A stretch of 49,012 nucleotides of DNA from an uncultured bacterium. GTDB taxonomy: Bacteria > Verrucomicrobiota > Kiritimatiellia > RFP12 > UBA1067. Position numbers and translations under genes: made by a program. Every line of letters starts with the position of its first letter. Position 1 is the stretch's first letter. Location of the stretch: the NCBI GenBank assembly GCA_902763655.1, contig CACWSW010000005.1:1-49012 (forward strand), in the 5' to 3' direction. The notes beneath the pieces were generated by a model. That model saw only the letters and a program-made list of their open reading frames with translations. It had not been told where the DNA came from and ran no database searches. Shown here in pieces: positions 15,114 through 24,539 of the stretch.

Positions 15114-16520
15114 TCAGTTCGTGCGCGTGTCGATGGCGGGGAGGTCGCCGTCGGGCTTCGCGAACGAGCAGGCTGAATCGAACGTGATGCCGGTGCAGTC
15201 GTCCATCATGACGGCGGGACGTTCCTCGCGGCCGCCGGCGAAGCGGGTGCGGACGTTCTCGAAGCGGATGCCGTCGGCATGGCGGAGGTAGAACGCGTAT
15301 GCTGGCAGCATTGTGCCGAACATGCGGTTCTCGGGATACCCGCGCTCGTTCTCCTTGACGGGCGCGCGCACGTCGCCGACGGTGCCTCCGGCCTTGAGGA
15401 CGAGGTCGATGTTGCGCAGCACGATCCCGTTGGGGCGCAGGCCTGGCACACCGGTGACGGACGAGGCGATGAAGCTCGCGGAGGTGCCGGAGACGTTCTC
15501 GATCACGCAGTTGCGGAGGACGCTGGGCGCGTCGGGCTTCGTGCGACGGCGGCCGAGGCGGACGAAGATGGGCGTCTGGACGCCTCCTGTCAGCTTGATG
15601 TCGGAGACGTGGATGTTCTCGAGGATGCCGCCGTCCACCATCTCGAGCGCGACGCCGGAGATTCCGGTGATGGGGTCGGTGACGCCGGGCAGGCCCTTTG
15701 CGCGCTTGTCCCAGGAGCTGCGGGAGTGCCAGTTGCGGAGATGGGACTCTGCGCATGGGCGGAGGACGCAGTGGTGGACGAAGCAGTTGCGGAAGCCGCC
15801 GCGCGAGGCGGTGCCGAACTTGATGAAGTTGCAGTTCGAGGCGAGCGTGCAGTTGCGCACCTCGACGTTCTCGCAGATGAAGTCCGGGTTGTCGGACTTG
15901 GGGCAGATGGCATCGTCGTCGGAGTCGATGGTGCAGTTCTCGATCAGCACGTTCTTCGAGTCGATGTCGATGCCGTCGTTGTTGAAGTTCGCGTGTGAGT
16001 AGATGGTGACGCCGCGCACGACGCAGTCCACGCACTCCTTGAGGTAGAACGTCCAGGAGGCGGGGGCCTTCATCGTGACGCCCTCGACGCGGACGTCGCG
16101 GCAGCGGAAGAAGAGGGCGTCCTTCCAGCGGTTGGGGGCGCCGTCCCTGACTGGCGCGGCCCAGCCGCGACCGTCGATGAGACCCTCGCCCTCTATCGCC
16201 ACGCGCTTGGCGTCGACGGCGCCGACCACCGCGAAGAAGCCGCGCACGTAGTCGGCGGCGTTGGTGGAGCCGAGGAGGGTGGCGCCCTTCGAGAGGCGGA
16301 GCGTCACGTTGTCCTTCAGGCGGAGGCTGGCCGTCACGTAGGCGCCTGGCGGGACGACGAGCGTGCCGCCGCCGGAGGCGGAGAGGTTGTCGACTGCCTT
16401 CTGGAGCGCGGGCGTGGCCGGCGTTACGCCGTCGGCAGGCGCGTATGCGGTGCGGTCAGCTGCCGCGGCCGGAAGGGCGAGCGCGAGGATGATCGCGAGG
16501 GAGAACGGTGCGTTTTTCAT
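15114..16520 (-). CDS. glycoside hydrolase family 28 (polygalacturonase-like)
   Basis: GGTLVVPPGAY, LRLSKGATLLGS, NNDGIDID, DDDAICPKS, IKFGT; signal peptide. Confidence 0.9.
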   Translation of the reverse strand: MKNAPFSLAIILALALPAAAADRTAYAPADGVTPATPALQKAVDNLSASGGGTLVVPPGAYVTASLRLKDNVTLRLSKGATLLGSTNAADYVRGFFAVVGAVDAKRVAIEGEGLIDGRGWAAPVRDGAPNRWKDALFFRCRDVRVEGVTMKAPASWTFYLKECVDCVVRGVTIYSHANFNNDGIDIDSKNVLIENCTIDSDDDAICPKSDNPDFICENVEVRNCTLASNCNFIKFGTASRGGFRNCFVHHCVLRPCAESHLRNWHSRSSWDKRAKGLPGVTDPITGISGVALEMVDGGILENIHVSDIKLTGGVQTPIFVRLGRRRTKPDAPSVLRNCVIENVSGTSASFIASSVTGVPGLRPNGIVLRNIDLVLKAGGTVGDVRAPVKENERGYPENRMFGTMLPAYAFYLRHADGIRFENVRTRFAGGREERPAVMMDDCTGITFDSACSFAKPDGDLPAIDTRTN

Positions 16521-16585
16521 GGCGCTATCTTACCATTTTCACCCTGGGGTGTGTCAATGCCGCGAGTGTGGTAGAATAAAGGGGC

Positions 16586-17770
16586 ATGCAGGAAACAGGC
16601 ACAAGAAGAAATGTCATCGCGGATGCGCTGCGCGGCGTCGCCGGGCTGCTCGTGCCGCTCTTCCACATTTCCGAGCCGTACGGGTGGAACAGGGGCGACG
16701 TGCCTGCGGTGCCGCAGGTCTGCGGGCACGGGTATTTGTGCGTGGAGTTCTTCCTCCTCCTGATGGGCTACATGCTGGCGTACGCCTACGACCGCCGGTG
16801 GAAGGAGGGGATGGGCCTGCGGGACTTCTTCGGGCGTCGCCTGCTGCGTCTGCATCCGCTCGTCGTCTCCGGCACCCTGCTCGGACTGGTCGTGTTCTTC
16901 GCGCAGGGCATGGGGTGTCCGCTCTGGGACAAGGCGTTGCGGGCGTTCGGTCCGTGGGAGTTCGCTGGGCTGGTGGCGGCGGGCCTCTTGCTGCTGCCGT
17001 ATCCGGGGTCCGGGTTCCTCGTGCCGTTCAACCCGTGCGCCTGGACGCTCTCCTACGAGTATCTTGCGAACATCCTCTACGCGCTCTTCGTGCGGCGGCT
17101 TGGGCGCGTTGCGCTTGCGGCGCTTTCCGTGGTCGCGGGCCTCTGGACGGCGTCGTACGCGCTGCACGTGGACCTCAACGCGATATTCGGCACGTCAAGC
17201 GAGTTCCTAGCGCAGGTCGCCGCGCGGAAGGGGGACACGATCGAGATCGGGTGGAGCCTCGGTGCGCAGCACGTTTACGGGGCGTGCGTGCGGCTCTTCT
17301 TCCCGTTCCTGTTCGGGATGTTCCTGGCGAGGACCGGCTGGAAGATACGGATTCCGCGCGGCGGGCTGGCGATCTGCCTGGCGGTGTTCCTGCTCGTGCT
17401 GTTCGTGCCGATGCCGTTCGGAGGCATGTGCCAGAACGGCGCGTTCGAGCTCGTGGCGCTGATGGTGGTGTTCCCGCTTCTGCTGCTGGCGGGGGCGGGC
17501 ACGGAGGTGACGCACGCGAGGACGGCGGCGGTGTGCGCGTTCCTTGCGGAGCTGTCATATCCTTTCTACATGTCGCATTATCCGTTCATGAAGATCCACA
17601 ACTGGTGGGTGCGGACGTACTCCGCCGGCTTTTCGGCCGGCTTCTGCGTGGCGCTCGGCGTGTGCGAGTACCTCGCGCTCGCCGCGCTGGCCTATGTGAT
17701 GATGCGCTTCTGGGACCGCCCCGTCAGGCGAATGCTGAGCGGCGCGAAAAATGTTGGTATGGGTACTTGA
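16586..17770 (+). CDS. acyltransferase family 3 (OafA/YrhL-like) membrane protein
   Basis: DALRGVA, HGYLCVEFFLLLMGY, RRLLRLHP, WTLSYEY, ELSYPFYMSHYP; about 10 hydrophobic segments. Confidence 0.85.
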   Translation: MQETGTRRNVIADALRGVAGLLVPLFHISEPYGWNRGDVPAVPQVCGHGYLCVEFFLLLMGYMLAYAYDRRWKEGMGLRDFFGRRLLRLHPLVVSGTLLGLVVFFAQGMGCPLWDKALRAFGPWEFAGLVAAGLLLLPYPGSGFLVPFNPCAWTLSYEYLANILYALFVRRLGRVALAALSVVAGLWTASYALHVDLNAIFGTSSEFLAQVAARKGDTIEIGWSLGAQHVYGACVRLFFPFLFGMFLARTGWKIRIPRGGLAICLAVFLLVLFVPMPFGGMCQNGAFELVALMVVFPLLLLAGAGTEVTHARTAAVCAFLAELSYPFYMSHYPFMKIHNWWVRTYSAGFSAGFCVALGVCEYLALAALAYVMMRFWDRPVRRMLSGAKNVGMGT

Positions 17771-17795
17771 CTATCGATAAGTAATTATCTATAAT
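17767..17795 (+). promoter_or_regulatory. near-consensus sigma70 promoter
   Basis: TTGACT (17767-17772), 17-bp spacer, TATAAT (17790-17795). Confidence 0.75.
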
Positions 17796-17800
17796 ATACG

Positions 17801-17943
17801 CCGTCTTCCAACCCACAAAGGGTTGTGACGGGAACTTGAGGCCGCGAGGCCATGAGGCTCTCGCCCCGGAAGGCGCGGCACGCATGGGATTTTCTCCCCC
17901 TTTCTTCCATGTGTCCCGCGCCTTTCGGGGCGAGATGCTTTTT
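17801..17943 (+). ncRNA. candidate small structured RNA
   Basis: Hairpin 17801-17831; GGCC-GCGA-GGCC at 17840-17851; ~30-bp stem 17859-17935 with a pyrimidine-only loop; then TGCTTTTT. Starts 6 nt after TATAAT. Confidence 0.55.
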
Positions 17944-18019
17944 CGGACGGCGGGTTTTTGGTAGAATGGGCGAAAAACGCCGCCAGAAGGGTGGCGGAAC
18001 CAACAAGGAGTATGTCGAT

Positions 18020-19774
18020 ATGCGATTCGGACAGAAGACTGGAATGCTTGCGGCGCTGGCGGCCGCGCTGGCGGCGGGAACGCTTTCGGGCGTCGAGAAG
18101 CTTGCCCTGGACGGGCTGTGGGACTTCCGCCTGGAGAAGGGGAAGTCGCTGGAGGAGGTTTCGCTGCCGGCGTTCGAAGCGAACGACAAGATGACGGTCC
18201 CCGGCTGCTGGAACGCGATGTCGCGCTACTTCAACCAGCACGGCACCGGCTGCTACAGGCGGCAGTTCGCGCTCGCGGCGGACGCGGCGAACGCGTTCCT
18301 CGTGGTTGACGGCGCAGGACTGCGCTCGCGCTTCTGGATCGACGGGCGCGAGATCGGCATGAGCAAGCTGCCGTGGAGCAGGTTCGAGTTCGCGACGGGA
18401 CCGCTCGCGAAGGGGACGCACGAGCTGGTGGCGGCCGTCGATTCCGTCGTGGACAACGCCAAGGTGAAGCTTTTCTGGGACTTCTACGACTTCTATCCCT
18501 TCGGCGGGTTCCACCACGGCGTGTGGCTGGACGTGCAGGCGAAGCCCGTCGAGCTTCGCCGCGTGGTGGTGCGCACGCGCGACATCAAGACCGGCCGCGT
18601 GGAGCTGGAGGCGCAGTTCGCGGGCGAAGGTGCGCCGGCTGACTTCGAGGCGGAGGTGGCGTTCGACGGAGGAGCGGCGCGGAAGCTGGCGTTCAAGGGA
18701 CGGAGGGCGTCGGTTTGCGTGCCCGACTTCAAGTTGTGGAGCCATGACGCGCCCAACCTGCACAAGGTGGCTGTGACGCAGAACGGCGTGACGGCATGCG
18801 CGCGCTTCGGCATCCGCCAGGTGGGCACTGCCAACGGGCGGATCACGCTCAACGGACGCCCCGTCTACTTGAAGGGCGTCAACCGGCACGAGTCGCACTA
18901 CGAGTTCGGCGTGACGACGCCCGTGCAGCTCATGTACGAGGACGTGCAGAACCTCAAGGATCTGGGCGGCAACTTCATCCGCGGCAGCCACTACGCGCAG
19001 TGCGAGGCGTTCCTCGACCTCTGCGACGAGCTGGGCGTCCTGGTGTGGGAGGAGTCGCTCGGCTGGGGTAACAAGCCCAAGCAGCTGAACGACCCCGAGT
19101 TCTGCGACCTCCAGGAGGAGGAGACGCGCCTCATGGCGCGCAACTCCATCAACCACCCGTGCGTGATCGTGAGCGCGTTCCTGAACGAGCCCGATTCCGA
19201 CACGAAGGTCTGCAAGGCGCTCGTCGACCGCCTCCTCGCGGCGCTCCGCGCCGAGGACACTGGCCACCTCGTCACCTTCGCGTGCCACCGCAACCTGAAG
19301 GACATCTGCCACGCGAACACGGACATCATCGCCTACAACACCTACCCCTGCTGGTACTCGTGGGAGATGGAGACCGGCTCCTCCGAGGAGATGCGCCGCA
19401 ACATCCGCGCGTGCCACGAGGAGATCGTGGCCTACTTCCGCAACCGCTACAAGGACAACCGCCCGATCATCGTGAGCGAGACGGGCGTGAAGGCGGACTA
19501 CGGCGTGCGCGATCCGCGCGGCAAGGCGCAGTACACCGAGGATCATCAGGCCGAGTACGAGCGGATCATGCTGGAGGAGATGTTCGCGATGAAGGACATC
19601 GCCGGCGTCGCCATCTGGCAGTTCACGGACTGCAAGACCTACACGCGCACGCGTGGCGCGCGCAACCGTTCCTACGGCGTGAACACGGGCGGACTCTACG
19701 ACCTCTACCGCCGCCCCAAGCTCGTGGTCGACGAGGTCCGCGCCCTCTACAAGGCCAAGAACGAATCGGACTAA
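18020..19774 (+). CDS. glycoside hydrolase family 2 (beta-galactosidase/beta-glucuronidase-like)
   Basis: LDGLWDF, LWSHDAPNL, RFGIR, LKGVNRHE, NFIRGSHY, DELGVLVWEE, NHPCVI, NEP (acid/base), IVSETG (nucleophile). SD AAGGAG before ATG 18020. Confidence 0.9.
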   Translation: MRFGQKTGMLAALAAALAAGTLSGVEKLALDGLWDFRLEKGKSLEEVSLPAFEANDKMTVPGCWNAMSRYFNQHGTGCYRRQFALAADAANAFLVVDGAGLRSRFWIDGREIGMSKLPWSRFEFATGPLAKGTHELVAAVDSVVDNAKVKLFWDFYDFYPFGGFHHGVWLDVQAKPVELRRVVVRTRDIKTGRVELEAQFAGEGAPADFEAEVAFDGGAARKLAFKGRRASVCVPDFKLWSHDAPNLHKVAVTQNGVTACARFGIRQVGTANGRITLNGRPVYLKGVNRHESHYEFGVTTPVQLMYEDVQNLKDLGGNFIRGSHYAQCEAFLDLCDELGVLVWEESLGWGNKPKQLNDPEFCDLQEEETRLMARNSINHPCVIVSAFLNEPDSDTKVCKALVDRLLAALRAEDTGHLVTFACHRNLKDICHANTDIIAYNTYPCWYSWEMETGSSEEMRRNIRACHEEIVAYFRNRYKDNRPIIVSETGVKADYGVRDPRGKAQYTEDHQAEYERIMLEEMFAMKDIAGVAIWQFTDCKTYTRTRGARNRSYGVNTGGLYDLYRRPKLVVDEVRALYKAKNESD

Positions 19775-22350
19775 TCCTTGAGCAAGCGGATCTCGTCGGG
19801 GGCGAGGGTCAGGGTCTGGGGGCCGCTCTTGCGGAATAGCGTCACTTCCTGCTTGAGCGCGGTGGAGTTTACGAGAACCACGGCCCTGCGGCCGTCGAGC
19901 GACTCGTATGCCGCGTGGAACACGCACGGCGTATCGCGGTCGTTGAAGCTCTGCGTCCCGCAGACGAGGCGCGGCGGCTTGACCTGGCGTCCGAAGGCGA
20001 GCCACTCGCGGCCTTCGCCGTGGTAGAGCGCCACCCACTTCTTCATGAAGTCGTCGTAGGCCGAGCGTCCGGAAAGCACTAGCGGCTTGGCGGTGCCGTC
20101 TCCGGCGACGGACTCCAGCTTCATGCCGTCGACCCACGCGGTCGCCTCGCCGTCGACGTGGATCATGATGCGGATCATCTCGGAACCGGCCGGGAGGGTG
20201 AAGTCCTTCGCGACGAGCCGCCAGCCGTCCTCGGGTTTCGGGAAGGGGAGCGAGCCGCCGCCGAGCCCCTTGAGGCCGGGCGCGAAGATGCCGAAGCGGA
20301 TCGAGTTGCCGCGCACCATCTTGCCGGTCTTCATCCACGCGGAGAGGCGGTACTTCGCGCCCACGCGGAACGCCGCCATGTCGTCGGTGGACACGTTCTG
20401 CGACACCTGGACCGTCTCCTTTGCGCCGGTCTCCAGGCGCAGGCTGGCCGCGCCGTCCTTCTTCTCGCTGCGGTCGACGAACCAACGCCCGCTCCAGACC
20501 GCACCGTTGTAGCCGTTGAGGCGCTCCCAGCTGGCGAAGCCCGCGTCGTCCTTGTTCGCCATCTCGAAGTCGCCGTTGGCGAGCGCAATCAGGTTGGCGT
20601 TAAGGTCGCGCTTGGATGGCGAGAGATGCGGAATCTGTCCGTCCGCCGCCTCGTGCGCCTGCCACACGCGGTTGCCGCGACGAGGGTTGGACTGGAAGCA
20701 CGGCACGAACTCGTGGTAGAGGTAGTTGAAGACGCTGGCCCACTCGTGCTTGATCTCGCAGTCGCGGTAGTCCTGTATGCCGACGAGGTGGTTGAAGTGC
20801 TCGTTCGGCTCCTCGAAGCAGACGATGGAGTCGGGCTCGACCTTCTTCATCGTCTCGGCCATCGTGACCAGCTGCTCGCGGAAGCAGTCGGTCTTCCACT
20901 TGCCCTCCCCCGGGGGATGGGGATGGTTCTTCGCCCAGCAGGGCGGGAAGGCGCCGCCGACCACCTGGTCGACCTGGATCATCTCGCAGCCGAGCTTCAC
21001 GAGCGGCAGGCACACCTCGTCGTTCCACCAGCGGATCGTCCACGGGTCGCCGCCGCACATGCAGGTGCAGTTGCCGCCGCACAGCCAGGATGGCGTGCGG
21101 ATGTACATCAGGCCGTTGCGGTTGTGGATCGCGTGTGGGCGGGCGTAGGAGTCGAACCGCGCGCGGTCGTCCCACAGGAACGAGCCGTCCGGCTGCTTGG
21201 TGTAGAGGAGCGTCCAGTGGTAGCCGCTCGGCCACGGGAAGGCGTGTCCACCGAGCTTGCGCATGTCGCGGACTAGCGATTCGAAGGTGGCGTCGTCTGG
21301 ATAGACGGGATAGTAGTCGGGCGTGACCCAGTAGCCGCGCTTCTCCCATCCCCAGTAGGCCATGACGAGCGGGGCGGAGACGAACTCCTTTAGCCAGTAG
21401 TCCTTCATCCATGCGCGGATGTCTTCGGTGCGGCCAAGCCAGTCGCGTCCGAAGCGCACCATCGCGGGAGCGTCCTTCATCCAGGCGGGGAGATCGGTGC
21501 GGAACTTGAGAGGCGTCGCGCACCACGGCTGGCGGAGCGCCCATGCCTTGTAGATGTCGGCGGCGTCGTGCCAGTCGGCGAGCGAGCCGTCGGCGCCCTC
21601 GAAGGCGGCGGTGACGACGTCGTAGGACTGCTCGTCGTCCTTGGCGAAGCCGATGCGCTTGACGGCGAACACGAGCGCGTTGCGGGCGCGTTCGACGGAA
21701 AGGTGCTTTGTGTGGCCCTGCGCGTCCTCGGCGGCCATGTAGAATCCGCCACGGTCGTCGTAGAGGCAGGAGAACTGGGCCACGAGGTTGCCGGGTTCGC
21801 GTCCGCTCGTTGCCCAGCCGGGCTTGTTGGCGCCGGGGTTGCGGATTATGCCGCCCTTGGCCATGCCGAGGACGCACGCGTCGTCGGCGCCTGAGGTGCC
21901 GAGCTGCGTTGCGAGAGGAATGCGCGGGTAGCTGGTGTCGGTGACGGCCCATCCGTCTCGCGCGGCCGTCTTGATGCGCCAGCGGATCTTGGTGTCGCCG
22001 GCTGGGGCGCGCACGGTGCAGACTACCTTCTCCACCGGGCCTTCGGCAAACGCGTAGACGAGGCGGGCGCCGTCGGCGAGCCGCTCGGCCGAGAATGTTG
22101 TGGCGTCGGCGGACGAGACGTAGGCGATGTTCGTGTAGCTGTCCGCCCGGCAGAGGCTGAGCGCGAAGAGCGGGGCGTGGCTTTTGATCGCGCCCAGCTC
22201 CTGTCCGCGGACGGCTACGACGCGCGCGACGGCGCCTTTTGCCTGCTCGTCGAACGAGACAGAGAGGGAGGAGCTCGTCACGTCTATTGCGAGAGCCTCG
22301 CAGCCGATGGCGGCCGCGACGGCGGCGGAGTAGAGAAGTGTGGCTTTCAT
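19771..22350 (-). CDS. DUF6259-like secreted protein with an inserted CBM4/9-like domain
   Basis: Signal peptide; WHDAADIYKAWA, TPDYYPVYP, QVDQVVG; NGDFE...YRLSAWMKT...WVDGMKL carbohydrate-binding-module pattern. Confidence 0.65.
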   Translation of the reverse strand: MKATLLYSAAVAAAIGCEALAIDVTSSSLSVSFDEQAKGAVARVVAVRGQELGAIKSHAPLFALSLCRADSYTNIAYVSSADATTFSAERLADGARLVYAFAEGPVEKVVCTVRAPAGDTKIRWRIKTAARDGWAVTDTSYPRIPLATQLGTSGADDACVLGMAKGGIIRNPGANKPGWATSGREPGNLVAQFSCLYDDRGGFYMAAEDAQGHTKHLSVERARNALVFAVKRIGFAKDDEQSYDVVTAAFEGADGSLADWHDAADIYKAWALRQPWCATPLKFRTDLPAWMKDAPAMVRFGRDWLGRTEDIRAWMKDYWLKEFVSAPLVMAYWGWEKRGYWVTPDYYPVYPDDATFESLVRDMRKLGGHAFPWPSGYHWTLLYTKQPDGSFLWDDRARFDSYARPHAIHNRNGLMYIRTPSWLCGGNCTCMCGGDPWTIRWWNDEVCLPLVKLGCEMIQVDQVVGGAFPPCWAKNHPHPPGEGKWKTDCFREQLVTMAETMKKVEPDSIVCFEEPNEHFNHLVGIQDYRDCEIKHEWASVFNYLYHEFVPCFQSNPRRGNRVWQAHEAADGQIPHLSPSKRDLNANLIALANGDFEMANKDDAGFASWERLNGYNGAVWSGRWFVDRSEKKDGAASLRLETGAKETVQVSQNVSTDDMAAFRVGAKYRLSAWMKTGKMVRGNSIRFGIFAPGLKGLGGGSLPFPKPEDGWRLVAKDFTLPAGSEMIRIMIHVDGEATAWVDGMKLESVAGDGTAKPLVLSGRSAYDDFMKKWVALYHGEGREWLAFGRQVKPPRLVCGTQSFNDRDTPCVFHAAYESLDGRRAVVLVNSTALKQEVTLFRKSGPQTLTLAPDEIRLLKD

Positions 22351-22410
22351 GCGGACGATTATACCACAATATCGCCGTACAGGCCCCGCGAATTATGATA
22401 CAATGCCGTC

Positions 22411-24375
22411 ATGAAACCATCAGCTTTCCATACGATGTTTGCCGTTGCCGCCTTTTCGGTCGCGGCGGGCGCTGTCGATATTCTGCCGTCTGGCAAGATG
22501 GCGCTGGGCGCGAACTACTGGGCGAGCCACGCCGCCACCGAGATGTGGCGCAAGTGGGACGCGAAGGCCGTGGACGAGGATCTGCGCGTCCTCGCCGCGA
22601 ACGGTTTCCGCGTCCTGCGCGTGTTCCCCAACTGGGCGGATTTCCAGCCCATACACGCCTGCTACCTGAGCGCCGACAAGTTCGACCAGGTGAACGAGAC
22701 GCGGATGTTCGACTCGGAGGAGCCTCTCCCCGACACGCCCTGCGGCCGCGCCGGCGTGGACGAGCGCATGGTGGAGCATTTCGAGGAGTTTTGCGACCTC
22801 GCCGAGAAACACGGCATCCGTCTCATCGTACCGCTCCTCACCGGACAGATGACGTTCCGCAACTACATCCCTCCGGCGCTCGCGAACCGCAACCCGTTCA
22901 GCGACCCCTACGCGCTCATGTGGGAGGGGCGCTACCTCGAGTGCATGGTCTCGCGCCTCAAGGCGAAGAAGGCGATCGCGGCGTGGGAAAGCGGCAACGA
23001 GTCGCGCATCCTCGGCAAGAGCGAGAACACGTTCCATTCCGAGGCGTGGCTGCGGTACGTCCATCAGACCATCCGCTGCGCCGACCCGTCGCGTCCCGTC
23101 ATCGGCGTGGACGGCCTCAACATCTCGCGCGAGGACAAGTGGCCGAGCGCGATGAACGCGTCGCTCTCCGACTACACGACCACCCATCCCTACGGCTTCT
23201 GGGGCGCCGTCTACAACGACGACTTCCTCTCCGTGCGCTCGCTCACCTTCGCCGCCGCCCAGACGTACGCGCTCGAGCAGATCGGCGGCAAGCCCGCGTT
23301 CATCGAGGAGCACGGCTCGCGCCGTCAGGAGCAGACGAGCCAGAAGGGCGTGGCGAACTACATGCGCGGGATGCTCTGGAACTCCTGGGCGCTCGACTGC
23401 AAGGCGATGCTCTGGTGGTGCGCCTACGACCAGACGGGAATGACGATCGCCCCCTACAACTGGCGCCAGCCCTGCGTGGAGCTCGGCATCTTCCGGCGCG
23501 ACCGCACGCCGTACCCGGCCGTGGACGTGGTGCGCAAGTTCGTCGCGCTGCAGGACGGCCTGCCGTTCGACGCGCTCCCGAAGGCGCGGACGGACGCCGT
23601 GGTGCTTACGACCGACGCCGCCGTGGCGCACTCCTCCTACATCCTCGCGCGCCAGGCCGGCATCATGCCGCGCTTCGCGAACCCCGAGGAGAAGCTGCCC
23701 GACGCGAAATGCTACTTCCTGCCCAACGCGCTCGGACGCGCCTACCTCACGATCGAGCGCTGGGAGGAGCTGAAGGCGAAGGTGCGCGCCGGCGCCACGC
23801 TCTACCTCTCGTGGAACGACACGTTCCTCGACGCGATGGAGGAGGTGGGCGGCATCGAGGTCGCGTTCCGCCAGGCGACGGGCGGCTCGGACGTCTGCGA
23901 CTTCGGCGACTTCAAGCACACGTTCGGCTATTCCGTGAAGCGCCGATTCAACGCGCTCACCGCTGAGACGCTCGCGAAGAACCAGGACGGCGAGGGCGTG
24001 TTCTTCCGCAACCGCTACGGGAAGGGCACGGTGTACGTGTTCATCCACAACTTCGAGAAGACGTACTACGGGGCGGCGGGCAAGTACGAGGGCGACGCCT
24101 GGAAGGTGTGGGCGAAGGTGTGTCCTGTCAACCGGCTCGTGCAGACCGGCAACAAGAACGTGTTCGTGTCGGAGCATTGCTTCGGCGGCGGCCGATGCGG
24201 CGTGCTGGTGGTGAACAACGGCGCGCGCACGTATTCGGGCACGCCGCAGCTGTGGAAGAACTGGCGCGTGACGCGCGCGCTCACGGACGATCCGGATTTG
24301 GCGAAGTGGGAGGACGGCAAGCTGACGCTCGCCCCCTGCGCCGGCATCCTCCTCATGGCGGAGAAAGTACAGTGA
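22411..24375 (+). CDS. clan GH-A glycoside hydrolase (GH5-like, putative beta-mannanase/mannosidase)
   Basis: GANYWASHA..MW..WD, LRVFPNWADFQP, WESGNE (acid/base), TTHPY, FIEEHG (nucleophile); adjacent to mannose-6-phosphate isomerase. Confidence 0.75.
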   Translation: MKPSAFHTMFAVAAFSVAAGAVDILPSGKMALGANYWASHAATEMWRKWDAKAVDEDLRVLAANGFRVLRVFPNWADFQPIHACYLSADKFDQVNETRMFDSEEPLPDTPCGRAGVDERMVEHFEEFCDLAEKHGIRLIVPLLTGQMTFRNYIPPALANRNPFSDPYALMWEGRYLECMVSRLKAKKAIAAWESGNESRILGKSENTFHSEAWLRYVHQTIRCADPSRPVIGVDGLNISREDKWPSAMNASLSDYTTTHPYGFWGAVYNDDFLSVRSLTFAAAQTYALEQIGGKPAFIEEHGSRRQEQTSQKGVANYMRGMLWNSWALDCKAMLWWCAYDQTGMTIAPYNWRQPCVELGIFRRDRTPYPAVDVVRKFVALQDGLPFDALPKARTDAVVLTTDAAVAHSSYILARQAGIMPRFANPEEKLPDAKCYFLPNALGRAYLTIERWEELKAKVRAGATLYLSWNDTFLDAMEEVGGIEVAFRQATGGSDVCDFGDFKHTFGYSVKRRFNALTAETLAKNQDGEGVFFRNRYGKGTVYVFIHNFEKTYYGAAGKYEGDAWKVWAKVCPVNRLVQTGNKNVFVSEHCFGGGRCGVLVVNNGARTYSGTPQLWKNWRVTRALTDDPDLAKWEDGKLTLAPCAGILLMAEKVQ

Positions 24376-24386
24376 ATGGAAATTAG

Positions 24387-24470
24387 ACAGGATTACAGGA
24401 TTAAGAGGATTAACAGGATTAGATTTCAGAATCGAAAATCCTGTAAATCCTAAAAATCCTGTAATCCTGT
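24387..24470. repeat. inverted repeat of tandem ACAGGATT units (possible terminator hairpin)
   Basis: Four (A)CAGGATT-like units at 24387-24420 mirrored by four AATCCTGT-like units at 24437-24470, followed by a T run. Confidence 0.85.
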
Positions 24471-24539
24471 TTTACGCCAAAACCGCCTCAGAGAAAACAT
24501 TTGCGATCTTGGAACTTTGCGAAGTGAGGGGTATGGAAA

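Noticed and set aside
17832-17857. Hammerhead-like TGAGGCC-GCGA-GGCC
   Set aside because: Lacks the CUGANGA and GAAA core nucleotides.
17789-20485. Long antisense or alternative-frame ORFs (also 100..1617, 12847..14751, 22420..24177, 35839..38031, 43180..45882)
   Set aside because: Arg/Ala/Pro-rich shadows of well-supported genes, as expected in high-GC DNA; no motifs.
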